From: a virus
Lineage: Duplodnaviria; Heunggongvirae; Uroviricota; Caudoviricetes
Virus record (IMG/VR): IMGVR_UViG_3300035655_000051
Location: 34,232-98,231 of that record
Reading direction: 5' to 3' (one strand)
DNA length: 64,000 nucleotides
Below, one piece after another: positions 26,290 to 34,906 of this stretch (its first letter is position 1; the number at the start of each line of letters is the position of its first letter). Position numbers and translations under genes: made by a program. A model generated the notes under the pieces. The model was not told where the DNA came from. It ran no database searches and worked only from the letters and a program-made list of their open reading frames with translations.

Positions 26290-27793
26290 CTTCAGCGACC
26301 TCCTTCTTTACTGCTTCTGCTGGTGCTGCTGCGTCCTTTTCGTTCTTGAGAATGTCAAACACTTCTGCCACCGTGTACAGATTACCCGCGTTATCCTCGA
26401 TACACTTGCGAGTTTTGATATAGGATTCGTCAAACAAATCATACATGAGATCGCTTACAACGGTGCCATCCTTCCAGTTGATGGATGCGCTTGAACCAAT
26501 AATCGTAGTCAGGACGCCAATGTAATCGTGTTTTACACTAAGCGCATTGAGCATCTCTCGATAACCGCTATAGCACGCATGCCGATCGATATGAGGCTGA
26601 CGAATACGATCCTTCATCAAATCAGAGCGACCTTGCATATCAGAACCACGAACTGCTTCAACCTTGCAGCTGGAATACAGTCGCCATTCACAGTAGGTGC
26701 GAATAGCGAACCGATGTGTCTTCCAAATTGACACAAAGAAATCTTTCGTAAGTTCCGTGTCATACGGCGAACGCTGAAAAATGTAGCTTCGACTATTTGC
26801 CTTTTTCTCAACACAAGTGCGGAACTCGCCCTCATCACAATCGTTCAGCGTGCCAACATAACCAATAGAGATTCGATCACTGTTGGAGTCAAGATAAACC
26901 AGCGTCTTGCAGCGCTTCAGGAAATTAACAATTGCAGCTTCGTCATCCTCAGTGCAGCAAGCACGGTCCATGATCATAGTGAGTTTAAATTGAGCTTCTT
27001 CAAGACTTTTATTTCTCTCACGGATATCGTTATATTTACTTTCAATATCATCTTGAATACTACGAATGTATCGTTCCTGCCGAGAAATTTCGTTGGCGTA
27101 ATCCTTCTTGCAAAATCCCTTCAGAGCACCACGCAACTTCTTACCATAGAAATCGCCGGTCTCGTATGCCTTCTCCATGTATTTGCCGAAAGCTTTGTTG
27201 TCCTGATCATAAAGAGTACGCAGCATCGCCTTCTCATCATCAGTCAGCGGCTGATCAGCGAAAAACCACGGCATCAGGTTTGGCAAACAACTCGCTGCCA
27301 TGTGCATGGCCTGAATCAGATTCTTCTTAGCACAAACAACGACAACACCCTGCTTCTTTTCATTCTGATATACATAGACATTGCCATTCTTATCGATGTA
27401 CTTAGCTGCGACATCCATGATCTTCCAACCGGCAGCTTCGTAATCCGCATTGTACTTCTTGAACTCAGAAATAATGGCGTCTGCTTTCTTATCGTCGATC
27501 GTCTGAAACATGATGCCAAATTTCATCTGATTGAAAGCGTTATCTTCATGAACGAACATGTCCTTAGTGAACTTTTCGTCGTCGCCCATATAGAAATGTT
27601 GGCAATCAATAATTGACTGAATGCGATGTCCTCCCGAAATAGAATGCTTGATACGGTCATCATTGATCAGTACGCGCAGTACGGACAACATCACATTATC
27701 GTTGAGATTGCTATTGTCGCAATTCAGAATCAACGGATATGCTTCGTCGCAATCTCTCGAACCGATCTTGCTGGAATAAGCTGTGAAAGCCAT
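26276..27793 (-). CDS. large hypothetical protein (505 aa) in the E1/JAB operon
   Basis: Protein-like ORF overlapping the JAB gene start; function unknown (could be an E2-like or target component). Confidence 0.6.
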   Translation of the reverse strand: MAFTAYSSKIGSRDCDEAYPLILNCDNSNLNDNVMLSVLRVLINDDRIKHSISGGHRIQSIIDCQHFYMGDDEKFTKDMFVHEDNAFNQMKFGIMFQTIDDKKADAIISEFKKYNADYEAAGWKIMDVAAKYIDKNGNVYVYQNEKKQGVVVVCAKKNLIQAMHMAASCLPNLMPWFFADQPLTDDEKAMLRTLYDQDNKAFGKYMEKAYETGDFYGKKLRGALKGFCKKDYANEISRQERYIRSIQDDIESKYNDIRERNKSLEEAQFKLTMIMDRACCTEDDEAAIVNFLKRCKTLVYLDSNSDRISIGYVGTLNDCDEGEFRTCVEKKANSRSYIFQRSPYDTELTKDFFVSIWKTHRFAIRTYCEWRLYSSCKVEAVRGSDMQGRSDLMKDRIRQPHIDRHACYSGYREMLNALSVKHDYIGVLTTIIGSSASINWKDGTVVSDLMYDLFDESYIKTRKCIEDNAGNLYTVAEVFDILKNEKDAAAPAEAVKKEVAEDETH

Positions 27794-27936
27794 ATGTATT
27801 TCCTCCTATTTAATTTCAAAGCCCAGATACTGGACACATATAAGGCAGACTTTAACCGGCCTGCCAGCGGCTGCAGTGTTTAGAATATCGTTGTAACCAA
27901 TAACGAATTCAGCGGTTTATTTTCAAATTAGTGCGA

Positions 27937-28176
27937 TTAGTTCATACCAGTCGCATTGTCGTGCTTGGAGATGGAGGCCAGATACACCTCATCGCCGACG
28001 CCCAGCTCAGACAGCGGAGTGTTCAGCTGTGCCACCGTCAGAATGCAGCCATCCAGAGTGCTCTGGCCATTGGCGTAGTTCACGCCATGCTTTGCGAACA
28101 CGTCCTTCGGGGTCATGCTGGTAGCAACAACGTCCTCGATCTTGTCGTCATTAGTGGTAACCCAAATCTTAATCAT
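27937..28176 (-). CDS. small protein (79 aa), candidate beta-grasp/ubiquitin-like component
   Basis: MIKIWVTT... small protein at the head of the E1/JAB operon; ends ...NATGMN. Ubl assignment is speculative. Confidence 0.4.
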   Translation of the reverse strand: MIKIWVTTNDDKIEDVVATSMTPKDVFAKHGVNYANGQSTLDGCILTVAQLNTPLSELGVGDEVYLASISKHDNATGMN

Positions 28177-28273
28177 AGTATGTACTCCTTTTTAATTTGA
28201 AAAATATCGTTTACTCGTTAAAATGCCGGACGTATTGCGCAGGAACATCCGGCGTGGAACCTCGGCGGCGCTC

Positions 28274-28696
28274 TTACTCGGCGTCTGCGTCCTCACCATC
28301 GATAGTGATTGCAGCATTCATGGCAGCCTCATCAGCGTTGATGGACTCCATAGCGGCTGCGATCTGCTCCTCGATCTTGGTGCCGCGAACAATGGTCAGA
28401 CCAATCATGTCGCGAACCCACTCCTTGATCTCTGCCTCAGACTTCATGCCAGCAGGAACAGGACGGCTCAAAACGGCAACCTTATCGCCAGTGACTGCAT
28501 CCTGAGCAAAAGCCACGCCGAACTTGCTGATATCATCCTTAGAAGCAACAGCAATGGCGCTCACAAGCTTCTTCTCCTTGCCCTCGCCCTCATACAGCTT
28601 CAAAGCCTCGGGACGGAACTTCTCGACCTTCTTCAGGGTAGCGACATCGTATGCGGAAGTGACGAACAGGTTGTTGAACTTAACGATTGCTTTCAT
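28274..28696 (-). CDS. hypothetical protein (140 aa), probably highly expressed
   Basis: Start moved to the ATG after RBS AAAGGAGAAAAC (MKAIVKF...); acidic C-terminus. Confidence 0.55.
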   Translation of the reverse strand: MKAIVKFNNLFVTSAYDVATLKKVEKFRPEALKLYEGEGKEKKLVSAIAVASKDDISKFGVAFAQDAVTGDKVAVLSRPVPAGMKSEAEIKEWVRDMIGLTIVRGTKIEEQIAAAMESINADEAAMNAAITIDGEDADAE

Positions 28697-28741
28697 AATG
28701 TTTTCTCCTTTGTAATTAAAGATTGATATGTAAACGGGCAA

Positions 28742-28873
28742 TCACCCGTTGTACCTTATGCGGTTTGCAGTAGCTCCTTCATATCATCCAGAGCTTCATC
28801 CCATGTATCGGCCGACTGAATAAACTGACCACTATCCGCCGATACGATTTCATAGTGGCCGTCAACATACTTG
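28742..28873 (-). CDS. micro-ORF (43 aa, MVIKYVDGHYEIVSAD...)
   Basis: Below the ORF-track threshold, but preceded by RBS AAAGGAG and by copy 3 of the conserved promoter-like motif. Confidence 0.4.
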
Positions 28874-28895
28874 ATAACCATTTCTTCACTCCTTT

Positions 28896-28921
28896 ATATA
28901 TTTAAGTTATGTTTGTATGGT
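28896..28921 (-). promoter_or_regulatory. conserved promoter-like motif, copy 3 (CCATACAAACATAACTTAAATATATA)
   Basis: About 23 nt upstream of the micro-ORF ATG. Confidence 0.4.
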
Positions 28922-28933
28922 CAAAAAATAAAA

Positions 28934-29158
28934 TCACAGAAGTGATTTGCAGGTAAGTTTTACTGGACACGGCTCCCAAAATCTTTGCGGGCACCAAGTA
29001 ATCGTTGTTTCTCCACTTGTAAATGGGTCTAACATCTCTACAACTGGGTAAGCTCCATCAAATCTTACGATGCGCCCTCTTTTGTTGCGATTCACATCGT
29101 TTTCAGACACTTCATTGCCGATTCTAACTAATTGCCCAACATGTAAATCGTATTTCAT
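28934..29158 (-). CDS. CKSLL-tail family member 6 (ends ...CPVKLTCKSLL)
   Basis: Start taken at MKYDLHVGQLVRIGNE (ATGA overlap with the upstream gene); conserved tail. Confidence 0.6.
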   Translation of the reverse strand: MKYDLHVGQLVRIGNEVSENDVNRNKRGRIVRFDGAYPVVEMLDPFTSGETTITWCPQRFWEPCPVKLTCKSLL

Positions 29159-29412
29159 ACAACTGTCTCCTCTGTAATTGTCCATGTGTGACGATAACCA
29201 GCAGGAACGTCTGCAACACGCGCTCCCCAATCGTCAATATAGCTATCTCGCATACTTTCTGAATCATTTACGTCGTGTTCGTTCAAACACTCTAAGAACA
29301 AATCCTGCATCCTATCTGCCGCGTCTGCATGATTCGCATAAACGTGTTCAACACAAGCGAACGCCCATTCGTAAGAATTTTCGACACAGTCATGAAGAAC
29401 ATAAACCTTCAT
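29155..29412 (-). CDS. hypothetical protein (85 aa)
   Basis: Start at MKVYVLHD...; the long ORF-track version 29155..29679 overlaps a neighbour. Confidence 0.45.
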   Translation of the reverse strand: MKVYVLHDCVENSYEWAFACVEHVYANHADAADRMQDLFLECLNEHDVNDSESMRDSYIDDWGARVADVPAGYRHTWTITEETVV

Positions 29413-29428
29413 ACTGTCACCCCCCCAA

Positions 29429-29695
29429 TCAAAGCATTTCACAAAACTCGCCAAGCTTGATCCACAACCAATATGTAGACTGATCCATCCGAACAACATC
29501 AGGAACACCGCGAATAAGCGCCCACTCATGCGCCATCTTAAACAATCTTGCACACGCTGCTTGTTCCTGTTTGGTAAACTGTTCGTTCCAGAGCCTACGG
29601 CGAGTGCCACTGTTCCAACGAGCGCCTTCCCGAGTTTCGCAAACAAACATAAACGGAATTGTCTCGAGAACCTCCTCATGTGACATGGTGATCAT
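29429..29695 (-). CDS. hypothetical protein (88 aa)
   Basis: Protein-like ORF. Confidence 0.5.
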   Translation of the reverse strand: MITMSHEEVLETIPFMFVCETREGARWNSGTRRRLWNEQFTKQEQAACARLFKMAHEWALIRGVPDVVRMDQSTYWLWIKLGEFCEML

Positions 29696-29700
29696 AATGT

Positions 29701-30090
29701 TTAGCTCCTTTCATTTCCAGTTGTAGGGCTGAGTTCTTTTACTTTGTCGACTGCATAGTCGATTACATCAGTGACATATTCAGTGGCGTTGTTGATGTTA
29801 TCTTGTGTAAACATATCAGCAGCGAGCATTTTATAACAGGTATTGGAAGAAGGAGTAAAGACAAGAATCGCTAAGCTCACAATTGCCGCAATTGACATCT
29901 TTACAACAATCTTGCGCTCTCTTAAAACATCTTCATCCTTTTCTCCATAACGAGCGAAATCATGCAACCAATCAAACCACAAAAAACCAGAGATGGCAAC
30001 AAAACCAATAGAAGCGAAAAGCGCCAAAATCTGAATGGTGTCAGCCATGCCAATCAGATAAAACACCCACGGACTAATAATCGAATTCAT
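29701..30090 (-). CDS. small membrane protein with 3 predicted TM helices (holin-like candidate)
   Basis: Three hydrophobic segments (WVFYLIGMADTIQILALFASIGFVAISGFLWF..., AAIVSLAILVF). Holin role is inferred from size and topology only. Confidence 0.5.
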   Translation of the reverse strand: MNSIISPWVFYLIGMADTIQILALFASIGFVAISGFLWFDWLHDFARYGEKDEDVLRERKIVVKMSIAAIVSLAILVFTPSSNTCYKMLAADMFTQDNINNATEYVTDVIDYAVDKVKELSPTTGNERS

Positions 30091-30335
30091 ACGGCTGCGC
30101 CCTCCTCTTCAATTGCTTCCAAGAGCTTTTTCTTAATTGCATCGCATAGATCGGACATAACATTCTTCTTGTTTTCCATCGTAAGGGTTTCGTCTTTAAG
30201 AATATAAAAACGAATGATAGCAAGAAACCCGTTTACAGCACAATCAATGATCGTATCGTTTTCGGTATTCTCTCCATCGTCAGCATAAACACCGGCTACG
30301 TATTTATCGTCCTTAGTTTCAATAATAATCTTCAT
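30087..30335 (-). CDS. hypothetical protein (82 aa)
   Basis: Protein-like ORF. Confidence 0.5.
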   Translation of the reverse strand: MKIIIETKDDKYVAGVYADDGENTENDTIIDCAVNGFLAIIRFYILKDETLTMENKKNVMSDLCDAIKKKLLEAIEEEGAAV

Positions 30336-30378
30336 ATTGCTTAGCTCCTTTCATTTTTGTGTGTGGATATTTGAACAG

Positions 30379-30464
30379 TGGTGCGCCCGGCGGGACTTGA
30401 ACCCGCACGCCATCTCTGGCAGAAGATCTTAAGTCTCCTGTGTCTGCGATTCCACCACGGGCGC
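30379..30464 (-). tRNA. tRNA-Leu (anticodon TAA), type II
   Basis: Acceptor GCGCCCG/CGGGCGC + A + CCA, anticodon loop CTTAAGA, long variable arm, T-arm GCGGGTTCAAGTCCCGC. Confidence 0.8.
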
Positions 30465-30772
30465 ATATAAAAGAAAATCAGAAACAGCCAACATTCGTTT
30501 TACGTTCCAGTTTACTGGCTACCTGAAGGGTATTCGTCCGACAGCTACTCGGCTTGCACCTTATTCCCCTTCCTATTTGGCTCAGTATCATTTACCGGTG
30601 TGATACCTGTCGTTTGCCAATGAACGGCCAATCCCCGATCTAGCTGGAACAACTGATTTTCTATTCCTCATTTAGTTAGAGACCTAATGAGTAAAGATGT
30701 CTACCTACACCGGTTGTGGACGGACTTACCCGGCTGGATTTCTATGTAGGAGTCTCAAACCGTCGCACACAA

Positions 30773-30847
30773 TGGAGCAGCGAATGGGAGTCGAACCCAC
30801 GCCATCGACTTGGAAGGACGATGTACTAGCCGTTATACGACCGCTGC
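30773..30847 (-). tRNA. tRNA (probable Gly, anticodon TCC; one anticodon-stem mismatch)
   Basis: Acceptor GCAGCGG/TCGCTGC + CCA, T-arm GTGGG-TTCGACT-CCCAT, anticodon loop CTTCCAA. Confidence 0.55.
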
Positions 30848-30966
30848 ATATAAACCCGGCTTACTAAGCCTTATTGCCACAGCATACGCCATGGAGCCGG
30901 GAATAACAAGGAAGAAAAGAGGTAAAGCCCGAATAGGAGGAATGAGACCCTATAAGCGGGCATCGG

Positions 30967-31035
30967 AGTGACTGGTTGGACTTGAACCAACGGCGCGCAG
31001 TTAGCTTGCTGCTCTACCATCTGAGCTACAGTCAC
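30967..31035 (-). tRNA. atypical short tRNA-like gene (68 nt, anticodon arm and variable loop about 4 nt too short)
   Basis: Perfect acceptor GTGACTG/CAGTCAC, canonical D-arm GCTCAGATGGTAGAGC and T-arm GTTGG-TTCAAGT-CCAAC. Only 19 nt remain for the anticodon arm plus variable loop, with a possible GCAG/CTGC stem and 8-nt loop. Confidence 0.4.
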
Positions 31036-31188
31036 ATAAAATACTCGGCTTACAAAGGTCAACTGCACTCTTTCAAGTGAGCCGAGAATAATTGACGAAG
31101 AAGTATAAAAATGAACTCCCCCTTTCGGGGTGGTATCTCGCACAGGCGCGGCCGGATCTGACCGCTAAAGATCCTACCCATACGAGAT

Positions 31189-31275
31189 TGGTGCTCACAA
31201 GAAGACTCGAACTTCCACGTCATAAAAGACAAGGGACCCTAAAACCCTCGCGGCTGCCAGTTTCGCCATGTGAGC
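31189..31275 (-). tRNA. tRNA-Leu (anticodon TAG), type II
   Basis: Acceptor GCTCACA/TGTGAGC + A + CCA, D-arm GGCGAAACTGGCAGCCGC, anticodon loop TTTAGGG, long variable arm, T-arm TGGAAGTTCGAGTCTTCT. Confidence 0.6.
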
Positions 31276-31412
31276 ATATCAAGAGCAGGGTTGCGTACCT
31301 GCTACGACTTGTTCAGTCACGGTTGTCTTATGTTTGGAGGGACACGAAAACAACTAATCCGATATAAAGGAGAAATATGAGAATACGAGGGACGCAATGA
31401 CCAAACGCCCCA

Positions 31413-31498
31413 TGGTGCAGCTAGTCGGATTTGAACCGACACGGATTTTCACCAGCAGATTTTGAGTCTGCCGCGCCTGCCTATTACGCCATAGCTGC
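31413..31498 (-). tRNA. tRNA-Leu (anticodon CAA), type II
   Basis: Acceptor GCAGCTA/TAGCTGC + A + CCA, anticodon stem GCAGA/TCTGC with loop CTCAAAA, long variable arm, T-arm CGGTTCAAATCCG. Confidence 0.8.
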
Positions 31499-31537
31499 AT
31501 ATTGCTCGTCTTTCCGAGCCGCCACTGCTTGCGCAGG

Positions 31538-32449
31538 TTACTTCATATCGTTCAGTACAGGGATGCTGGCATCACCGCCGACATAAGTAGGAAGCTTACC
31601 ATCCCACTTTTCATACATCTGCTGCTGAATCAGCCGGTCGCTCAGAGACTCAGAGATGATTTTATTCGCCTCGGCTTCTGCGTTCGCCTTGGAAATCTTG
31701 GTCTGGTTCTCAATCTCCTGCGCCTCGTCATTGCGCTCGGCCACAAAGGACTTGTTAATAGCAGCCTGAACAGATGCATCGTCGTACTCAATGCCATCCT
31801 TCATGCCAAGGACAGTAATCGTGATACCGCGCTCTGCAAAATACTCAGTCACATCCTTGCGTACATACTCCATGATCTCGGCCTTCTTCTCAAGGATCTC
31901 ATTCATGGTGTACTTAGCGCACATTTCAACAAAGTCAGCTTCAACACGAGCACGGATTTCAGTATCCATAATCTCGGAGAGCTGCTTGTTGTTGTAGGAA
32001 TACAGGAACTTGACTGCATCATTTTCAGTATAGATCTGAGCAGAACAGTTCATACCGACGGAGAAGCCAATAGACTCCTTGCTTTCGGCAGAGATGGACT
32101 GGTTGATAGTGCTGGTGCCACTATCCTTGCCCTCGGACCATTCACGAGTAACAGGAGTTCTATTGACGACAACCAACATGTTATCCGGAACCCAAGTACC
32201 AATGATGTCAGTCGGCGACAGATGTCGCTTCGAGTAAGTAATGTACACCTGCTTGGCTGCAACCTTTGCCTCGGCGAGCATTTCCTCACTCTCAAAGGAC
32301 GCCTGTTTTCCCCCGCCCTCAGAGAGTGAAATCAGAAATGCAGTTTCATGAGGTTCGATTGTATACACCTCTTTCTTGGTGCATCCCGTAAATGTCAGCG
32401 CCATCACAATTGCACACGAAACCACGAAAATCTTTTTGAACTTCTTCAT
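31538..32449 (-). CDS. SPFH/band-7 (prohibitin-like) domain lipoprotein
   Basis: Signal peptide plus lipobox (LTFTGCT), then an SPFH-like core with a coiled-coil, Ala/Glu-rich C-terminal half. Confidence 0.6.
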   Translation of the reverse strand: MKKFKKIFVVSCAIVMALTFTGCTKKEVYTIEPHETAFLISLSEGGGKQASFESEEMLAEAKVAAKQVYITYSKRHLSPTDIIGTWVPDNMLVVVNRTPVTREWSEGKDSGTSTINQSISAESKESIGFSVGMNCSAQIYTENDAVKFLYSYNNKQLSEIMDTEIRARVEADFVEMCAKYTMNEILEKKAEIMEYVRKDVTEYFAERGITITVLGMKDGIEYDDASVQAAINKSFVAERNDEAQEIENQTKISKANAEAEANKIISESLSDRLIQQQMYEKWDGKLPTYVGGDASIPVLNDMK

Positions 32450-32461
32450 TCGTTCCTCCTT

Positions 32462-32686
32462 TTAATTTTTGAATAGAATATATACCACAGCTCCAATCGC
32501 AAGCGACAGAGCTACAGACACCGAAAGAGCCAATTCGCTGACACGTCCGTAAAGAGAACTTATACTTCCTGTTGCCATTTGAACAAGCGAGATGTGCCGT
32601 AGAAGTTTCTCAAAAATGTCATCGAGACTCAAAAACGAAACAGCCGATGCGCAGGCTGCCAGCAATAAATCTTTATGTTTTTTCAT
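32462..32686 (-). CDS. small membrane protein (74 aa)
   Basis: Two hydrophobic segments. Confidence 0.45.
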   Translation of the reverse strand: MKKHKDLLLAACASAVSFLSLDDIFEKLLRHISLVQMATGSISSLYGRVSELALSVSVALSLAIGAVVYILFKN

Positions 32687-32757
32687 AACTTACCACCTCA
32701 GAATCCTGTCTCAGCTTTTTGCCACAAATTGGGTCGTGATGACAAAACTCACACATT

Positions 32758-32943
32758 TTATTCGTCCTCGACTTCTTCGTCATCTACTACGTAAATCGCG
32801 TCAATTTCCTCATTGTCATCTGGGCTAATTTCTTCAGAATTATAAGCCTCTTCCGCAATCTCTTTTGCCTGTTCTTCAGACTCCGCTGGAACCCACATGG
32901 CATAAGACTGTCGTGTCCAAACGCTTACAAGGTATCGCTTCAT
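32758..32943 (-). CDS. small acidic protein (61 aa)
   Basis: Short ORF ending DDEEVEDE. Confidence 0.4.
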   Translation of the reverse strand: MKRYLVSVWTRQSYAMWVPAESEEQAKEIAEEAYNSEEISPDDNEEIDAIYVVDDEEVEDE

Positions 32944-32947
32944 GAAA

Positions 32948-33265
32948 TCACTCCTCTACCTTAAATACCATGTAGTACATGTGATTATCTTCACCGTTAT
33001 CAACCGCAGCTCCGATAGCATACTCGGGATACGGACACAAAGCACACCCACAGAAATCTGCATAAGAATCAGTGTTAATTCGCGTTGCGTTTTCATACCG
33101 TGCAGCTTCATCGCTTGGCATATTATCAAAGAAGCTCTGATAACTACGAGCAGCAAAATCAATCGCATCACTTCTCGACTGAAATGCTTTATCGAAACTT
33201 ACTGATTTGTAGATGTCAACTTTTTCGTTGGTATAATCGCTTACGACAATGTACATCTGAATCAC
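32948..33265 (-). CDS. hypothetical protein (105 aa)
   Basis: Protein-like ORF. Confidence 0.5.
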   Translation of the reverse strand: MIQMYIVVSDYTNEKVDIYKSVSFDKAFQSRSDAIDFAARSYQSFFDNMPSDEAARYENATRINTDSYADFCGCALCPYPEYAIGAAVDNGEDNHMYYMVFKVEE

Positions 33266-33933
33266 TCCTTCTCAAAGATATCAGTGTACTTGATGTACAG
33301 CTTACCGTTATGATAGTAGGTGTTGTATTCGCACTGGGTCACATACCACCAAGCCTTTTTATGCCCCGCCAGCAGGAGGTCGTGCAGATGATAAGTTTCT
33401 TTGTAGTTTTCATCTACATACTGCCGGAATGTAAGCTCGTCGATATCGTCGCTTTCTTGAACAATAGCTGAAATCTTGCTAACTTCGTATTCGTCCATAG
33501 AATCGTCCACAACGAATACCACTCGAACGATTTCTTTACCCCGGCGACAAATCTTGTAAAGCTCCTCTGCACAATGCAAATGATACACAACTCTATCAAA
33601 CTGTTCGAATGGAAACATTAAAATTCCATCATCATGATCAAAATCATAATAGCTCGTATGCAACTCAATCTTGCGACCAAGCTCTTTACACACCGAAAAG
33701 AATCCTGTCCACCACGCCTGATGTTCCCACCAGTGATAAAGTGGGTCACCGCCACCAGACACAGATACCCAATTGCAGTCATTACATTCGTTTTTCAGAA
33801 CATGCTCCAACTGCATATAAGAAGAATACTCGTCTGTCGGCGTCATCTTGAGCTTGTTATTGCGGACGATACACTCAGGGCAGCTGTAATGGCAACCAAA
33901 GTTCGTGATGATGCTGAGATATTTGTCATCCAT
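33262..33933 (-). CDS. radical SAM enzyme (small, activase/QueE-like)
   Basis: NFGCHYSCPECIVRNN gives the CxxxCxxC cluster-binding motif; SGGGDP glycine-rich SAM motif; 223 aa. Confidence 0.65.
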   Translation of the reverse strand: MDDKYLSIITNFGCHYSCPECIVRNNKLKMTPTDEYSSYMQLEHVLKNECNDCNWVSVSGGGDPLYHWWEHQAWWTGFFSVCKELGRKIELHTSYYDFDHDDGILMFPFEQFDRVVYHLHCAEELYKICRRGKEIVRVVFVVDDSMDEYEVSKISAIVQESDDIDELTFRQYVDENYKETYHLHDLLLAGHKKAWWYVTQCEYNTYYHNGKLYIKYTDIFEKE

Positions 33934-33939
33934 TTTGAT

Positions 33940-34194
33940 TTACTCCTTGTTAATGGTAAGCTGAATAGACCAATAATCTCTGTCGTTTCCAGTGTAAATC
34001 AAAGAGTCCAAAACTTCTGAGTGCCGATCGCACTCGTGATAGATTTCTGGACCATGGCTCTGAAGCCATCCAGACTCCACTCCGAACTTTTTAACGATTT
34101 CTCCTTCATCAATGACTGCGATGCCATCGGAAGCCTTATCTTTCGCTTCTTCAATCATCCATTCAACGATTTCTTTGATATTCAGATTTGCCAT
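33940..34194 (-). CDS. hypothetical protein (84 aa)
   Basis: Protein-like ORF. Confidence 0.5.
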   Translation of the reverse strand: MANLNIKEIVEWMIEEAKDKASDGIAVIDEGEIVKKFGVESGWLQSHGPEIYHECDRHSEVLDSLIYTGNDRDYWSIQLTINKE

Positions 34195-34218
34195 GATTCA
34201 TACCTTCTTTCAAAATGT

Positions 34219-34296
34219 TACTAAAAAATGGTGGGCCAGGAGGGATTTGAACCCCCGATCAAGCAGTTATGAGCTGCCGGCTTTAACCAGACTAAG
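34219..34296 (-). tRNA. tRNA-Met/fMet (or lysidine-modified Ile) (anticodon CAT)
   Basis: Acceptor GGGCTAG/CTGGCCC + A + CCA, D-arm GCTTAGTCTGGTTAAAGC, anticodon stem GGCAG/CTGCT with loop CTCATAA, T-arm GGGGG-TTCAAAT-CCCTC. Confidence 0.8.
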
Positions 34297-34675
34297 CTAC
34301 TAGCCCAAGAGAGGAGGATTTAACCATGTAACGACACCAGCTGAGTACATTGCATTCGACTTACGAACTTTGCGAAATGCAACTTACAGCATCAGTGGAT
34401 ACAACCAAAGCGTCTTAACATCCTGTCCTTTGGTGTCCATCCTCAAAGACTGCCCTTTTAAATTCACTCTCCGCCAGCTTGGGCACCAACTGACTAGACC
34501 ACTTTCGCAGGTCATCCATTCGCCTACTCATGTTGTCACCAGACCTTCACTCCACGAGGAGCTACCCCGTCGCAGTCTGTTCGCACAATTTCGGTCAAAG
34601 CGTTATGAATGCATTGCATCCACGGTGGAATTGCGCCACCCCAGCGACCTCGCACTACACTACGCTGCCACATCG

Positions 34676-34725
34676 AACCTAGCTGGAACCCAACAGAATC
34701 GAACTGTTGTACGACCATCGGCTCC
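34676..34725 (-). ncRNA. tRNA-like minihelix (acceptor plus T-arm only)
   Basis: Minus strand GGAGCCG-ATGGTCGTAC-AACAG-TTCGATT-CTGTT-GGGTTCC-A: canonical T-arm and a 6/7-paired acceptor stem, but no D-arm or anticodon arm. Confidence 0.35.
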
Positions 34726-34829
34726 ATATAAAGCAGGGTTATCGTACCTGCTCGGCATTTTCAGCCACGCGGTTTCGCCTAATGGAAACCGTTTTTATAC
34801 ACACAATAGGCACAGGTAGAAAGGAAAGA

Positions 34830-34906
34830 CCCTGTACCATGGTCGAGCATGAGGGATTTGAACCCTCGACTTCTTGCGCCCAAAGCAAGCGCCCTTCCAA
34901 ACTGGG
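34830..34906 (-). tRNA. tRNA-Pro (anticodon TGG)
   Basis: Acceptor CGAGCAT/ATGCTCG + A + CCA, D-arm GCCCAGTTTGGAAGGGC, anticodon stem CTTGC/GCAAG with loop TTTGGGC, T-arm GAGGG-TTCAAAT-CCCTC. Confidence 0.8.

Noticed and set aside
34370-34819. ORF 34370..34819 (+) and 34849..35520 (+)
   Set aside because: They lie on the opposite strand from all neighbouring genes, across the tRNA/ncRNA region and antisense to the Bro-N gene; composition is not protein-like.
34297-34829. tmRNA (ssrA) gene
   Set aside because: A T-arm plus acceptor is present, but the 5' acceptor strand lies only 10 nt upstream, not about 300 nt, and no tag-peptide reading frame ending ...ALAA was found.
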